DNA from: an archaeon GW2011_AR10
GTDB taxonomy: Archaea > Iainarchaeota > Iainarchaeia > Iainarchaeales > GW2011-AR10
Assembly (NCBI GenBank): GCA_000830275.1
Contig: CP010424.1
Span: 210,001 to 242,000 of the forward strand
Direction: 5' to 3'
Length of the DNA: 32,000 bases
Shown: one piece after another, positions 6,771 through 15,106 of the stretch
How positions within the stretch are numbered: the first letter of the stretch is position 1
How the letters are laid out: every line of letters begins with the position of its first letter
Made by a program: the position numbers and the translations under genes
The notes under the pieces: model-generated
Told to the model about the DNA's origin: nothing
Database searches by the model: none
The model's input: only the letters and a program-made list of their open reading frames with translations

Positions 6771-8474
6771 TTATTGCGCCGATTTTTCAATGCATGTTTT
6801 AATGAACCCAAGAAAAATGGGGCTGGGCTTCAGTGGCCTTGAAACGAACTCCGGATGAAACTGTGTTCCAACAAAGAAAGGGTGATTGGGGATTTCTGCA
6901 ATCTGCATTATTCTTTTCTTTGGAGCCATCCCGGAAAACAAGAGCCCTTTCTCTTCAAGCCTGTCAATATACTTTGTGTTAACGTTGAAGCGGTGCCTGA
7001 AGCGCTCCCTTACTTTTTCTTTCCCGTAAAGCCTGTGCGCAAGGGAACCCTTCTTAACAACAACATCAAAACCGCCTAACCTTAAAGTTCCGCCTAACTC
7101 CTCTATTTCATCCTGTTCTGGCAAAATGCAGATAACTGGGTTGGGTGTTTTCTCGTCAATTTCAGTCGAGTTCGCTGCCTTCAACCCAGCAACATTTCTG
7201 GCGAACTCAATGACTGCCATCTGCATTCCAAAACACAAACCCAAAAAAGGGATTTTGTTCTCTCTTGCGTGCTTAATGCACGCAATTTTGCCTTCGCAGC
7301 CCCTGCTTCCAAAGCCGCCGGGCACAATCAGCCCGTTAATTCCTTTGAGTTCATAAGCTGCCCTCTTATTTCCCTTCTCTATTTCGGTTGTTTCAATCCA
7401 CTTAACCCTAACACGCGTGTTGGTTGCTGCACTGCAGTGCTCCAGTGCCTTCAAAATGCTGATATAAGAGTCCACCAGGCCAGTGTACTTGCCTGCAATG
7501 CCTACAGTTATTTCCTTGCTGCTGGTAACAGTGTTGGCTTTAGTCCATTTCTCCAGTTCCTTGTTTCCGTTTGTAGGAAACTTTTTTTCCAAGCCCAACA
7601 CTTCAAGGATTGCCTCATCCACTTTCTGCTTCCTCAAAAACAAGGGCACCTCATAAATGTTTTCAACGTTGTGCGCTCCGAAAACGCGGTTCAGCGGAAC
7701 ATTTACATTCATGCTGATTTTCTGCCTTATCACTTCAGGAATTGGCCTCTCACTCCTGCACACAACAACGTCAGGCTGCAAACCCATTTCAATCATTCTC
7801 TTTATGCCGAGCTGCGCTGCCTTGCTCTTGAATTCCCCAGTGCTCGGCGGCTCCAAAACATAGGTAACGTTAACCACGCAGACATTGTCGTGGCCTTCCT
7901 CATACGCTAATTCCCTGATTGCCTCCAAGGCAAACATGTTCTCGTAATCTCCCACAGTTCCGCCAATTTCAACCAAAACCATGTCCGCATTGCTTTTAAC
8001 AGCGAGGTTCCTCAAAACAAGCTTTGTTTCACCTGTAACGTGAGGAATGAACTGCACATCCCTTCCAAGATATTCTCCGCGCCGCTCTTTCTCGATTATT
8101 CTCTGGTATATTTTTCCAGAGGTAACAAAGCTGTCCTTGCTTAACGTTAAGTCCATGAATCTCTCGTAGCCGCCCAAATCCATGTCTGTTTCAGTGCCGT
8201 CATCCAGCACAAAAACTTCCCCGTGCCTGAAAGGGTTTAATGTTCCAGAATCAACATTCAAGTAAGCCTCTAGCTTGATTGGCACAATTTTAATGCCCCT
8301 GTCGCGCAAACACTTGCCGAGAGAAGAAGTGAAAATTCCTTTTCCGATTCCGCTGATAACAGAGCCGGTTACAATAACGTACTTTGTTTTTCCAGCCTTG
8401 TAGTCTTTCGGAACAGGGGTGTAGGTTTCGTCGCTTGACTGCATGGCTATTGCTGAAAGCACATCCTGCTTCAT
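6771..8474 (-). CDS. pyrG: CTP synthase
   Basis: YVIVTGSVISGIGKGI, GGTVGDYE, the GATase GLCFGMQ and FHPEF motifs are present at full length. The N-terminal ~28 aa are an extension, and M11 is an alternative start. Confidence 0.95.
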   Translation of the reverse strand: MKQDVLSAIAMQSSDETYTPVPKDYKAGKTKYVIVTGSVISGIGKGIFTSSLGKCLRDRGIKIVPIKLEAYLNVDSGTLNPFRHGEVFVLDDGTETDMDLGGYERFMDLTLSKDSFVTSGKIYQRIIEKERRGEYLGRDVQFIPHVTGETKLVLRNLAVKSNADMVLVEIGGTVGDYENMFALEAIRELAYEEGHDNVCVVNVTYVLEPPSTGEFKSKAAQLGIKRMIEMGLQPDVVVCRSERPIPEVIRQKISMNVNVPLNRVFGAHNVENIYEVPLFLRKQKVDEAILEVLGLEKKFPTNGNKELEKWTKANTVTSSKEITVGIAGKYTGLVDSYISILKALEHCSAATNTRVRVKWIETTEIEKGNKRAAYELKGINGLIVPGGFGSRGCEGKIACIKHARENKIPFLGLCFGMQMAVIEFARNVAGLKAANSTEIDEKTPNPVICILPEQDEIEELGGTLRLGGFDVVVKKGSLAHRLYGKEKVRERFRHRFNVNTKYIDRLEEKGLLFSGMAPKKRIMQIAEIPNHPFFVGTQFHPEFVSRPLKPSPIFLGFIKTCIEKSAQ

Positions 8475-8659
8475 AAAAACTCGCCAAAAATTTTACAAAC
8501 AGATTAATATTAGGTTGGTTCAGCTATTTAAACTTTGTGATAACAAAACCAAAAATCGAGTGCGAGAGGCCTCCCAACAAAAAACAGCTTTCCACAATAC
8601 TAATTTAAATTTCTTCCAAAGTAAATTATTGTTGTTCAGGTAATTTAAATTATTCGTTT

Positions 8660-8885
8660 GGGAGCGTAGTATAGTTTGGTCCAGTATTCCAGCTTCGGGG
8701 CAACTGAAGGCGCAGTTGGCACGCCGTATATCATGGGTTCTCGTTTCACTTGAATCCTTATTAATTCAAAGGTTTAAAAATTAATAAGGGATTGAACGCA
8801 GTGAAATCCCTTGACATATGGGTTGTTAACTGACCCCTCAGTTGCGAATGAGTTGGAGACAGGGGTTCAAATCCTCTCGCTCCCA
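8660..8885 (+). tRNA. tRNA-Pro (anticodon CGG) with a 151-nt intron at the canonical 37/38 position
   Basis: Hand fold: acceptor stem GGGAGCG/CGCUCCC plus discriminator A8885. D stem GUAU/GUAU with a GG-containing loop. Anticodon stem CCAGC(8689-93)/GUUGG(8852-56). Mature loop UUCGGG|A. T arm AGGGG-UUCAAAU-CCUCU. CCA is not encoded. Confidence 0.8.
8700..8850 (+). other. tRNA intron bounded by a bulge-helix-bulge motif
   Basis: Central 4-bp helix UUCG(8694-97)/CGAA(8845-48), 3-nt bulges GGG(8698-8700) and UGA(8849-51), and outer 7-bp helix CAACUGA(8701-07)/UCAGUUG(8838-44). The interior contains a long imperfect hairpin at about 8744-8806. Confidence 0.75.
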
Positions 8886-8955
8886 TTGCCGCCTGCTTGC
8901 GGCAAACCTTTATTTTAGGAAACTTTTTTTAATTCCAGCGTGCTTATCTTTTTTT

Positions 8956-9693
8956 ATGGGAAAAAAGCGCAGGAACAGAAATACCGGCCAAAAAACCCAT
9001 TTTGAATTGTTTTCCGAAAAAATTATTGGAAAAGAGGCACCGCTTAAACAAAAAGCAAGGATTGTGCAGAAGTGGCCTGACGAGATTGACAACAGGGAAA
9101 CTCCACTAAAAAATTTAAAAGAAATATGGAAAAGGCAGGCCAGAATAATCGGGAGGCTGGCTGACAGGCGTTATACTGAGCATGAAATGAACACAATATT
9201 GAAAGCAGCCGGGATTAGGCCGGCAGACAGGATTGCAAGCATTGCTTCCGGCATCGGAATAATGGAAGCATATCTTGCAAAAAATGTTGTTACTGAAGGA
9301 AAAATTGTCTGCATTGATTTGGCTCATTCAATAAGCAAAAAAGCACTGGAAGTCAAAAGAAAATCCGGAGCAAAAAACCTTTCAGTTATTACCGGTTCTG
9401 CAACAAATATCCCGCTGTCTACATCAAGCCAGAATAAAATTCTGCTGATGGGCTCAAACCTTGAGCTGACAATTCACTGGAAGCCGTTCCTCAAAGAAGC
9501 ACGCAGGGTGCTAAAAAAGAATTTCAGGTCAAGGCTGGTTTTTGCCGGCTTGCTGAGAAGCCGCAGCGAAATCCCGGAAATAGTTGACAGCCTTGAAAGA
9601 AACGGTTTTATGCTTGAATCCATTGTAAGATTCGCAATGTTTACCAAATGCCCTGAAGCAATAATGTTTGTTGCAAGCCCAAAACTAAAATAA
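8956..9693 (+). CDS. putative class I SAM-dependent methyltransferase-like protein
   Basis: IASIASGIGIMEAYLA (degenerate motif I), CIDLAHSISKKA, and NLSVITGSATNIPL...ARRVLKK follow the usual motif order. The track start at 8842 overlaps the tRNA, so I trimmed it to the ATG at 8956. Confidence 0.55.
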   Translation: MGKKRRNRNTGQKTHFELFSEKIIGKEAPLKQKARIVQKWPDEIDNRETPLKNLKEIWKRQARIIGRLADRRYTEHEMNTILKAAGIRPADRIASIASGIGIMEAYLAKNVVTEGKIVCIDLAHSISKKALEVKRKSGAKNLSVITGSATNIPLSTSSQNKILLMGSNLELTIHWKPFLKEARRVLKKNFRSRLVFAGLLRSRSEIPEIVDSLERNGFMLESIVRFAMFTKCPEAIMFVASPKLK

Positions 9694-10422
9694 TTCCTTC
9701 AGTTTCCCGAAGTGATAGGGCTTGTCTTCCACAACCCATACCTCAAAGTTGCTTAAATCCTGCTTTAGGAAAGGGCTCAACTGCTTTTCCCGCAGAACAT
9801 TGCTGCCGATTTTTACGGCGTTCATTGACGGCATTACAACCAAGTTCTTGCCTTCATACTTTCCTTTCAGAAAGCACTTGAATGTTTCAGTTTTCACTCC
9901 TTCGCGGATGCTGACAGCAGGGTGCTCATGGCCAACAACAAGCGTTTTTGCTTCCACAAATTCCTTCAAAATTTTTGTGGAGTTTCCATGAAGAAACAAC
10001 ACCTTTTCCCTGTCTAAATAAAATGCTTCAACAGTTTTCAGGTTTTTCCATTTTGCAATCGGCCCAAGAACCATGTCGTGGTTTCCCTTAACCAAAACAA
10101 TTTCTTTGCAGTGCTTTTGCAGTAACTCAATTGTGTCAAGCACTTCGTTCCATTCTTGCTCCGAGATTTTCCCGAATTCCTGTTTTAGGTCGCCGTTGAC
10201 AACAATTTTTTCCAGCTGCTTCACTCCGCGCTTTTTTAGTTCAGAAAAAATTTTTTCAAGCCTTGAGCTAATTTCCTTGAAATTAAAGCGAGGCAGGAAA
10301 ATCCCCTGGCCCACCATCATTTCCTCGGTGCCTAACTGCAAATCGGATATGGCTAGCACATTGGATTTTGGTAGGAAAACTGCAAGGTCAACAATTTCAA
10401 TATTGGGGAGGATTTCGTTCAT
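9685..10422 (-). CDS. metallophosphoesterase of the Lhr-associated MPE/PdeM-like type
   Basis: AISDLQLG...NGDLKQ...VKGNHD...FLHG...VVGHEHPAV...KCFL...VVMPSMN gives the calcineurin-like motif order. It lies 4 nt downstream of the preceding gene in the Lhr operon. Confidence 0.8.
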   Translation of the reverse strand: MNEILPNIEIVDLAVFLPKSNVLAISDLQLGTEEMMVGQGIFLPRFNFKEISSRLEKIFSELKKRGVKQLEKIVVNGDLKQEFGKISEQEWNEVLDTIELLQKHCKEIVLVKGNHDMVLGPIAKWKNLKTVEAFYLDREKVLFLHGNSTKILKEFVEAKTLVVGHEHPAVSIREGVKTETFKCFLKGKYEGKNLVVMPSMNAVKIGSNVLREKQLSPFLKQDLSNFEVWVVEDKPYHFGKLKELF

Positions 10423-10426
10423 ATAA

Positions 10427-10948
10427 TTACTGTCGATTCAAAAATTTCTTAAATTCTCGCACGGCTTCAGTTGTGGAATATTCTGGCTTGAGGGTGAGAA
10501 GAAAATCCATTGCTTGAGCAGGAGTAAAATCAGTTCCGCCAAAAAGCTGCGGTATAAACTTTGATTTTGTTTCTGCCACTCTCCTGTAAATTTTTCCAGG
10601 CGTCCTCAAAATCTCGCTGCTTAAAATCTGGAGGAATATGACTAATTGAGGTGCATAGATGGCTCCATTATATTTTGTTGTTCTCATTAGGCGGTCTTCA
10701 AATTCTGAGATGAATTTATACCGGTTATACAAATCCATGAAACTCTGGCAGAACTGCTTTGTGGAGGGGTTGGAGCTGTGAATTCCCTTTATTAGAAGGG
10801 TGTGCAGGTCTTTAGTCGGCCTAAAGCTCTTTGGGGTTTTAGCCATTCTTTTATTTTCACGCTTTCTAAACAGCTTTTCCTTTCTTTCCTTCTTTCTTGT
10901 AGGTTTCGGCCTTTTTTCTTTTGGCTTGTGAAGCATTACCATCGGCAT
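10427..10948 (-). CDS. hypothetical protein with Lys/Arg-rich N-terminus and helical C-terminal domain
   Basis: The ORF is co-oriented between the Lhr and MPE genes. The N-terminal 45 aa are about half K/R (KPKEKRPKPTRKKERKEKLFRKRENKR). I recognise no family. Confidence 0.6.
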   Translation of the reverse strand: MPMVMLHKPKEKRPKPTRKKERKEKLFRKRENKRMAKTPKSFRPTKDLHTLLIKGIHSSNPSTKQFCQSFMDLYNRYKFISEFEDRLMRTTKYNGAIYAPQLVIFLQILSSEILRTPGKIYRRVAETKSKFIPQLFGGTDFTPAQAMDFLLTLKPEYSTTEAVREFKKFLNRQ

Positions 10949-11014
10949 AAGTAACTTAACTGCACCAATCCTTAATAATTTTATTTAGGGTTACTTTTTT
11001 TTCAAGGGCGGGTT

Positions 11015-13627
11015 TCATGCCGTGGCTTTTTCCTTAATTCTTTCCTCAATCTTTGCGTGCACTCTTTTCAAAAACTCTAATCTTTCCTCCACGCGCATCA
11101 AATCCATTCTTCCCTGCAAAGCAATGTTTGCAGCAAAAGGGCTTGGAAAATCAGTCTGGATTTTTTTCACGATAATTTTTCCTTCTTCAACTGCTTTCAC
11201 TACTTCAATTGCGTGCTGGATGTCCATTGAGTCCTCAAGCACTTCCCTGCGCGCCTCCTTAAGTATCGGGAAGTCATTGGAAATTCGCTTCACAGCGCTA
11301 ATAAGCAGCCTTGCGCTCATCTGCTGCCTTCCAGCAGTTTTGGTTTTTCCCTTGTAAGAGCGCAGAATCATTAAACTGCGGGCAGCACAGTGCCTGAACT
11401 TTCTTTGCAGCACCTCGGTTTTGTCAATTGCCCGCTCTAGAAGCAAGTACAGCTCGCTGCTTTTAACTGCCTTCAGTGCAACATCCAATGGCATCTTGCT
11501 GTAGCTGCTTATCATGAAGCCATTGTCGTTCATGCTTAACTCAACGTCCTTGTGCATCAGCTTGGAAATAGCGTAAGCATAGGCAACGCTTAATGCGTCG
11601 TTGGTGCGCCTGCCGAACAAGGAATGAAAAACGAGGTTATTTTTTCCATCCTCGTCATGGAATTGCTCTATGAGCAGCTTATTTAAATGCGGGGTTTCCG
11701 AGTACAAAAACTGTTCATGGAAATACTCGAAAATCGCTTCTGCAGCGTTTTTTTCAACGTAAAGGTAAGAGTTAATGAATTCAAGTATTTCTTTCCTGCT
11801 TCTTCCGGCTTTGAACTTTTCCTCCATCAGTTTCCTGAATCTGCCAATTTCTGCAGCCAAGTCAAAGCTTAAGGGCAGCATTTCGCTGAACCAAGATGGA
11901 ACTGTTGGCGGCCTCTTGTATGCAGCAGTAACCTGCGCCGTCATTCCCCTGCTGAACTTGAACTCATAGCTTTGTCCCCCTAAAACAAAAACGTCTCCCT
12001 TTTTCAGTCTCACCAAGAAGCCCTCATCAATTGTGCCGATTTTTTGCTCGCCAATTTTTACTGTAATGCGGGCCTCATCCGGAATTGTTCCAATATTTGT
12101 CATGTAAATTATGCGCGCCATTTTTCCCCGCTTTCCAACCATGCCTGTTTCCTCATCAAGCCAGATTTTTCCGTAAACGTGCCTTATTTCAAGGGAAGTA
12201 TATTTTCCAGCCAAATAATCAATTGTTTCGTTGAAGTCAAGCCGCGATAGTTTGCTGAAGCAGTAGCTTTTCCTCACAAGCCTGAACAATTCGTCAATTT
12301 GTATTGGCTCCTCAATTGCAATGCCGTAAATGTGCTGTGCCAGAACATCAATGCAATTTTTTGGAATTAGTATTCTGTCAATTTTTTTTTCCATTGCACT
12401 TTTCAGCAGAACACTGCATTCAACCAAGTCATCGCGGTCAAGAACAATTATTCTGCCCTTCACTTTTTCATGCAATTGGTGGCCGCTCCTGCCCATTCGC
12501 TGTATTGCTCGCGCAACGCTTTTAGGGCTTCCCAGCAAAACAACAAGGTCAATGAATCCAATGTCTATTCCTAGCTCCAATGAAGTTGAGGAGACAACAA
12601 CTTTCAGTTCCCCATTTTTGAGTTTGTTTTCAATTCTCAGGCGGTGCTCCCTGCTCAAAGAGCTGTGGTGCGCGCCGATTGAAACCTCGCTATAGCGTTC
12701 TGGAAACTTTTCTTTCAGGTGATGCACAACCCTTTCAGTTGCCGAGCGGGTGTTTGTAAAAATAAGGCTTGTTTTATGGTCTTGAATTAATTTGTCAAGC
12801 TGCGAGTAAAGCGAATCATGTATCTGCTGTTGCGTAATGTCAATGAAGCTTGGCAGGGGCGAAATAACCTTTAAATCCATTTTTTTTAAGAAAGAAACGT
12901 CAACGATTTTGCAGTCCCTTGTATCTTTTTCGTTCTTCATTCCTGCAAGGAATGCTGCTTCCTCTTCCAGTGGGGCAATTGTTGCGCTTAAGCCGACCCT
13001 GCACATTTCTGGGGAAAGCCTCTGCATTCTTTCAAGTGTCAGTGAAAGGTGCACTCCGCGCTTGTTTTCTGCAAGGGCATGGATTTCATCCACAATGCAC
13101 CACTTGATTCCGCGCATATTTTCCCTGAACTTTGGCGAGTTGATTAAAATTGCAGCTGATTCAGGAGTGGTAATAAGAATGTGCGGCGGCTTCCGCAGCA
13201 TTTTTGCTCTTTCGCTTGTTGTGGTGTCGCCTGTTCTAACAGCAACCCTGACTCCTGTTTGGTTCTTTTTCTCTTTTTTCAGAATTTCCTCGATTTCGCC
13301 AAGCGGAACCATTAAATTTCTGTGAATATCATTATTCAGCGCGCGAAGTGGAGAAATGTACAAGCAATAAACTTTTTCCTCAAGCTGGTTTCCTTGGCTT
13401 AGATTCAAAAGCTCGGAAATGATTGCACTGAACGCTGCAAGAGTTTTGCCTGTTCCTGTTTCAGCGCTGATGAGGGTGTTCTCTCTGTGATGGATGTTTA
13501 GGATTGCATATCGCTGCGGTTCAGTGAACGCCCTGAACTTTTCTTTAAACCACTGGCTAAGCAAAGGGTTTAATGCCCTGAAAATCTCTGCATCGGAGTA
13601 CTTCTCCTTCTGGAAAGTTATTGCCAA
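11015..13627 (-). CDS. lhr: ATP-dependent Lhr-core type DEAD/DEAH-box helicase
   Basis: SAETGTGKT (motif I), CIVDEIH (II), GLSATI (III), QRMGRSGH (VI) and a long C-terminal Lhr-type extension, 870 aa in total. Confidence 0.9.
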   Translation of the reverse strand: MAITFQKEKYSDAEIFRALNPLLSQWFKEKFRAFTEPQRYAILNIHHRENTLISAETGTGKTLAAFSAIISELLNLSQGNQLEEKVYCLYISPLRALNNDIHRNLMVPLGEIEEILKKEKKNQTGVRVAVRTGDTTTSERAKMLRKPPHILITTPESAAILINSPKFRENMRGIKWCIVDEIHALAENKRGVHLSLTLERMQRLSPEMCRVGLSATIAPLEEEAAFLAGMKNEKDTRDCKIVDVSFLKKMDLKVISPLPSFIDITQQQIHDSLYSQLDKLIQDHKTSLIFTNTRSATERVVHHLKEKFPERYSEVSIGAHHSSLSREHRLRIENKLKNGELKVVVSSTSLELGIDIGFIDLVVLLGSPKSVARAIQRMGRSGHQLHEKVKGRIIVLDRDDLVECSVLLKSAMEKKIDRILIPKNCIDVLAQHIYGIAIEEPIQIDELFRLVRKSYCFSKLSRLDFNETIDYLAGKYTSLEIRHVYGKIWLDEETGMVGKRGKMARIIYMTNIGTIPDEARITVKIGEQKIGTIDEGFLVRLKKGDVFVLGGQSYEFKFSRGMTAQVTAAYKRPPTVPSWFSEMLPLSFDLAAEIGRFRKLMEEKFKAGRSRKEILEFINSYLYVEKNAAEAIFEYFHEQFLYSETPHLNKLLIEQFHDEDGKNNLVFHSLFGRRTNDALSVAYAYAISKLMHKDVELSMNDNGFMISSYSKMPLDVALKAVKSSELYLLLERAIDKTEVLQRKFRHCAARSLMILRSYKGKTKTAGRQQMSARLLISAVKRISNDFPILKEARREVLEDSMDIQHAIEVVKAVEEGKIIVKKIQTDFPSPFAANIALQGRMDLMRVEERLEFLKRVHAKIEERIKEKATA

Positions 13628-13694
13628 AACAGACCACCACTAACTTCTACATAATCAGTGCTTGTTAATCCAAAACTAACAAATTAGATATATA

Positions 13695-13735
13695 GCAAAA
13701 CGCTTAAGTAATTGAACATTTAACTTGCGTTTTGC
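13695..13735. repeat. hairpin element H4 (9-bp perfect stem, 23-nt loop)
   Basis: GCAAAACGC (13695-13703) pairs with GCGTTTTGC (13727-13735). It is preceded by TATA, as H1 is. Confidence 0.75.
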
Positions 13736-13738
13736 ATC

Positions 13739-13782
13739 TAGCAAACAGCAATAAAAAGTTCAAAAATATAAGCTGTTTGCTA
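13739..13782. repeat. hairpin element H5 (11-bp perfect stem, 22-nt loop), a copy of H1
   Basis: TAGCAAACAGC (13739-13749) pairs with GCTGTTTGCTA (13772-13782). The stem core is identical to the element at 3374-3415. Confidence 0.8.
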
Positions 13783-13791
13783 TAGAAGCAA

Positions 13792-15030
13792 TTAAAATAT
13801 TTGGTTTAAACAGTTCAACTTCTTCAGAATCAATAGTAAATTATTGGCGGAAAAATTATTGCAAGCCCAAAAAGCACAATTATTGCAAGAATTACAAATC
13901 CACACAACTGTTGCAATTGCTGTTAGCAGGCCTTCCATTGCTCCGTGCTTTGAGGAAACATAAATTGCCGGCCCAACAAGGGCTGCAAGGCTCACAATCA
14001 CGCCTAAAACAAAGAAAAGCAGTGCAAGCATTTCACTGAAACGGTAGTAGAATGCGTTTTGAAGCACTGAAAGGAAAACAAATGAGGAAGCCCAGTATAC
14101 AACAACTGCTGCTGCGGAGAGGAAGCTTACACCGGCAATCCTTGCAGCTGAATCAGGTGCAAAGCCTTTGCCAGCGTTTTCTTCTCTCTTTTTTGTCTGG
14201 TGGGATGAAAATGTTTCCTCTGCTGATTTGCGGTAGAACAGCGATTTAATCAAGGCAGCAATCACAATTATGGCGGCAATTCCTGCAATGATTTCAAGGA
14301 GGTAAAGAGCAATTACGCTTTCTCCATAAGTTCCCTTCACGTGAAAGCTCTCAAAGCCGTCAAGGTTTGAAGCGGTTTTAACGTGACCTCTTGCGTACTC
14401 GATTCCTGTTGCAACTTGCTTGTATTCCGGCGCTATAATGTCGGCTGATGCAGCTGTTTCAAGTGCCCTTCCCGAGAAAAAGTCTGGCCTGTAGTCCACT
14501 TCAGCGTTTCCTCCTTTTAGGTGCAGGCCTTCCTGAACGTTGACTGCAACCCTTACATTTTCAACTAGAACTGCTTCGTTGTCCACAATTGTTTCAAAAT
14601 CAAAGTTGTAGTTGCCTGCAAGGTCTTTCTCTGCATAGCGGGATATCTTGTAAAGCAATACAATTGCCCCTGTCTGGTTTTCCCTTATTTCGTGCGGCAG
14701 TTCAAGGATTAAAATAGTTGAATCAGCTGTTAGCTGTTTTTCGAATTCAATTACCTCAAAGCCAGGGTGCTCCTGCACTGCCTTGTAAACAACTATTCTT
14801 CCAGGCACTTCAAGGAAAAGCCTTTCAATGCCTTGGTCTATGGTGTTTTCAATTGTGAGCCGCGCCCTTACAACTGCATCTCCTTCGCCGTCAAAGGAAA
14901 CAGCATAGTATTGGTTGTTGTAAATGTACCCGTCACTTATTGCTGCATGCGTTAACGGCAGCGCTCCAAAGACAAACAGCAAAATCAGTAAAAGCACCGC
15001 AGTTTTTTTTGAACCTTTGGACAAAACCAT
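13792..15030 (-). CDS. membrane protein with large N-terminal extracytoplasmic domain and C-terminal multi-TM region
   Basis: Signal/TM segment TAVLLLILLFVFGALPL, a soluble domain of about 230 aa, then at least four hydrophobic helices. The last ~40 codons look atypical (see findings). Confidence 0.7.
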   Translation of the reverse strand: MVLSKGSKKTAVLLLILLFVFGALPLTHAAISDGYIYNNQYYAVSFDGEGDAVVRARLTIENTIDQGIERLFLEVPGRIVVYKAVQEHPGFEVIEFEKQLTADSTILILELPHEIRENQTGAIVLLYKISRYAEKDLAGNYNFDFETIVDNEAVLVENVRVAVNVQEGLHLKGGNAEVDYRPDFFSGRALETAASADIIAPEYKQVATGIEYARGHVKTASNLDGFESFHVKGTYGESVIALYLLEIIAGIAAIIVIAALIKSLFYRKSAEETFSSHQTKKREENAGKGFAPDSAARIAGVSFLSAAAVVVYWASSFVFLSVLQNAFYYRFSEMLALLFFVLGVIVSLAALVGPAIYVSSKHGAMEGLLTAIATVVWICNSCNNCAFWACNNFSANNLLLILKKLNCLNQIF

Positions 15031-15106
15031 GAACTATTATTGTTTGTGCGCTTATAAATAGCTCTCGAAATTGTTAGCCAAAAGCCTAACGAAACCTAAT
15101 TCAGAA

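Noticed and set aside
7269-7910. 213-aa plus-strand ORF and other long ORFs antisense to recognised genes (for example 12837..13325, 4641..5033, 21950..22288, 27781..28224, 2477..2917)
   Set aside because: They lie entirely inside, and antisense to, genes with unambiguous family signatures (pyrG, lhr, traB-like, pckG, eno, fhs). Their products are low-complexity with no recognisable motifs.
8842-8955. N-terminal part of track ORF 8842..9693 (MRMSWRQGFKSSRSH...)
   Set aside because: It overlaps the 3' exon of the tRNA-Pro gene (T arm and acceptor stem). The ATG at 8956 gives a sensible start for the methyltransferase-like protein.
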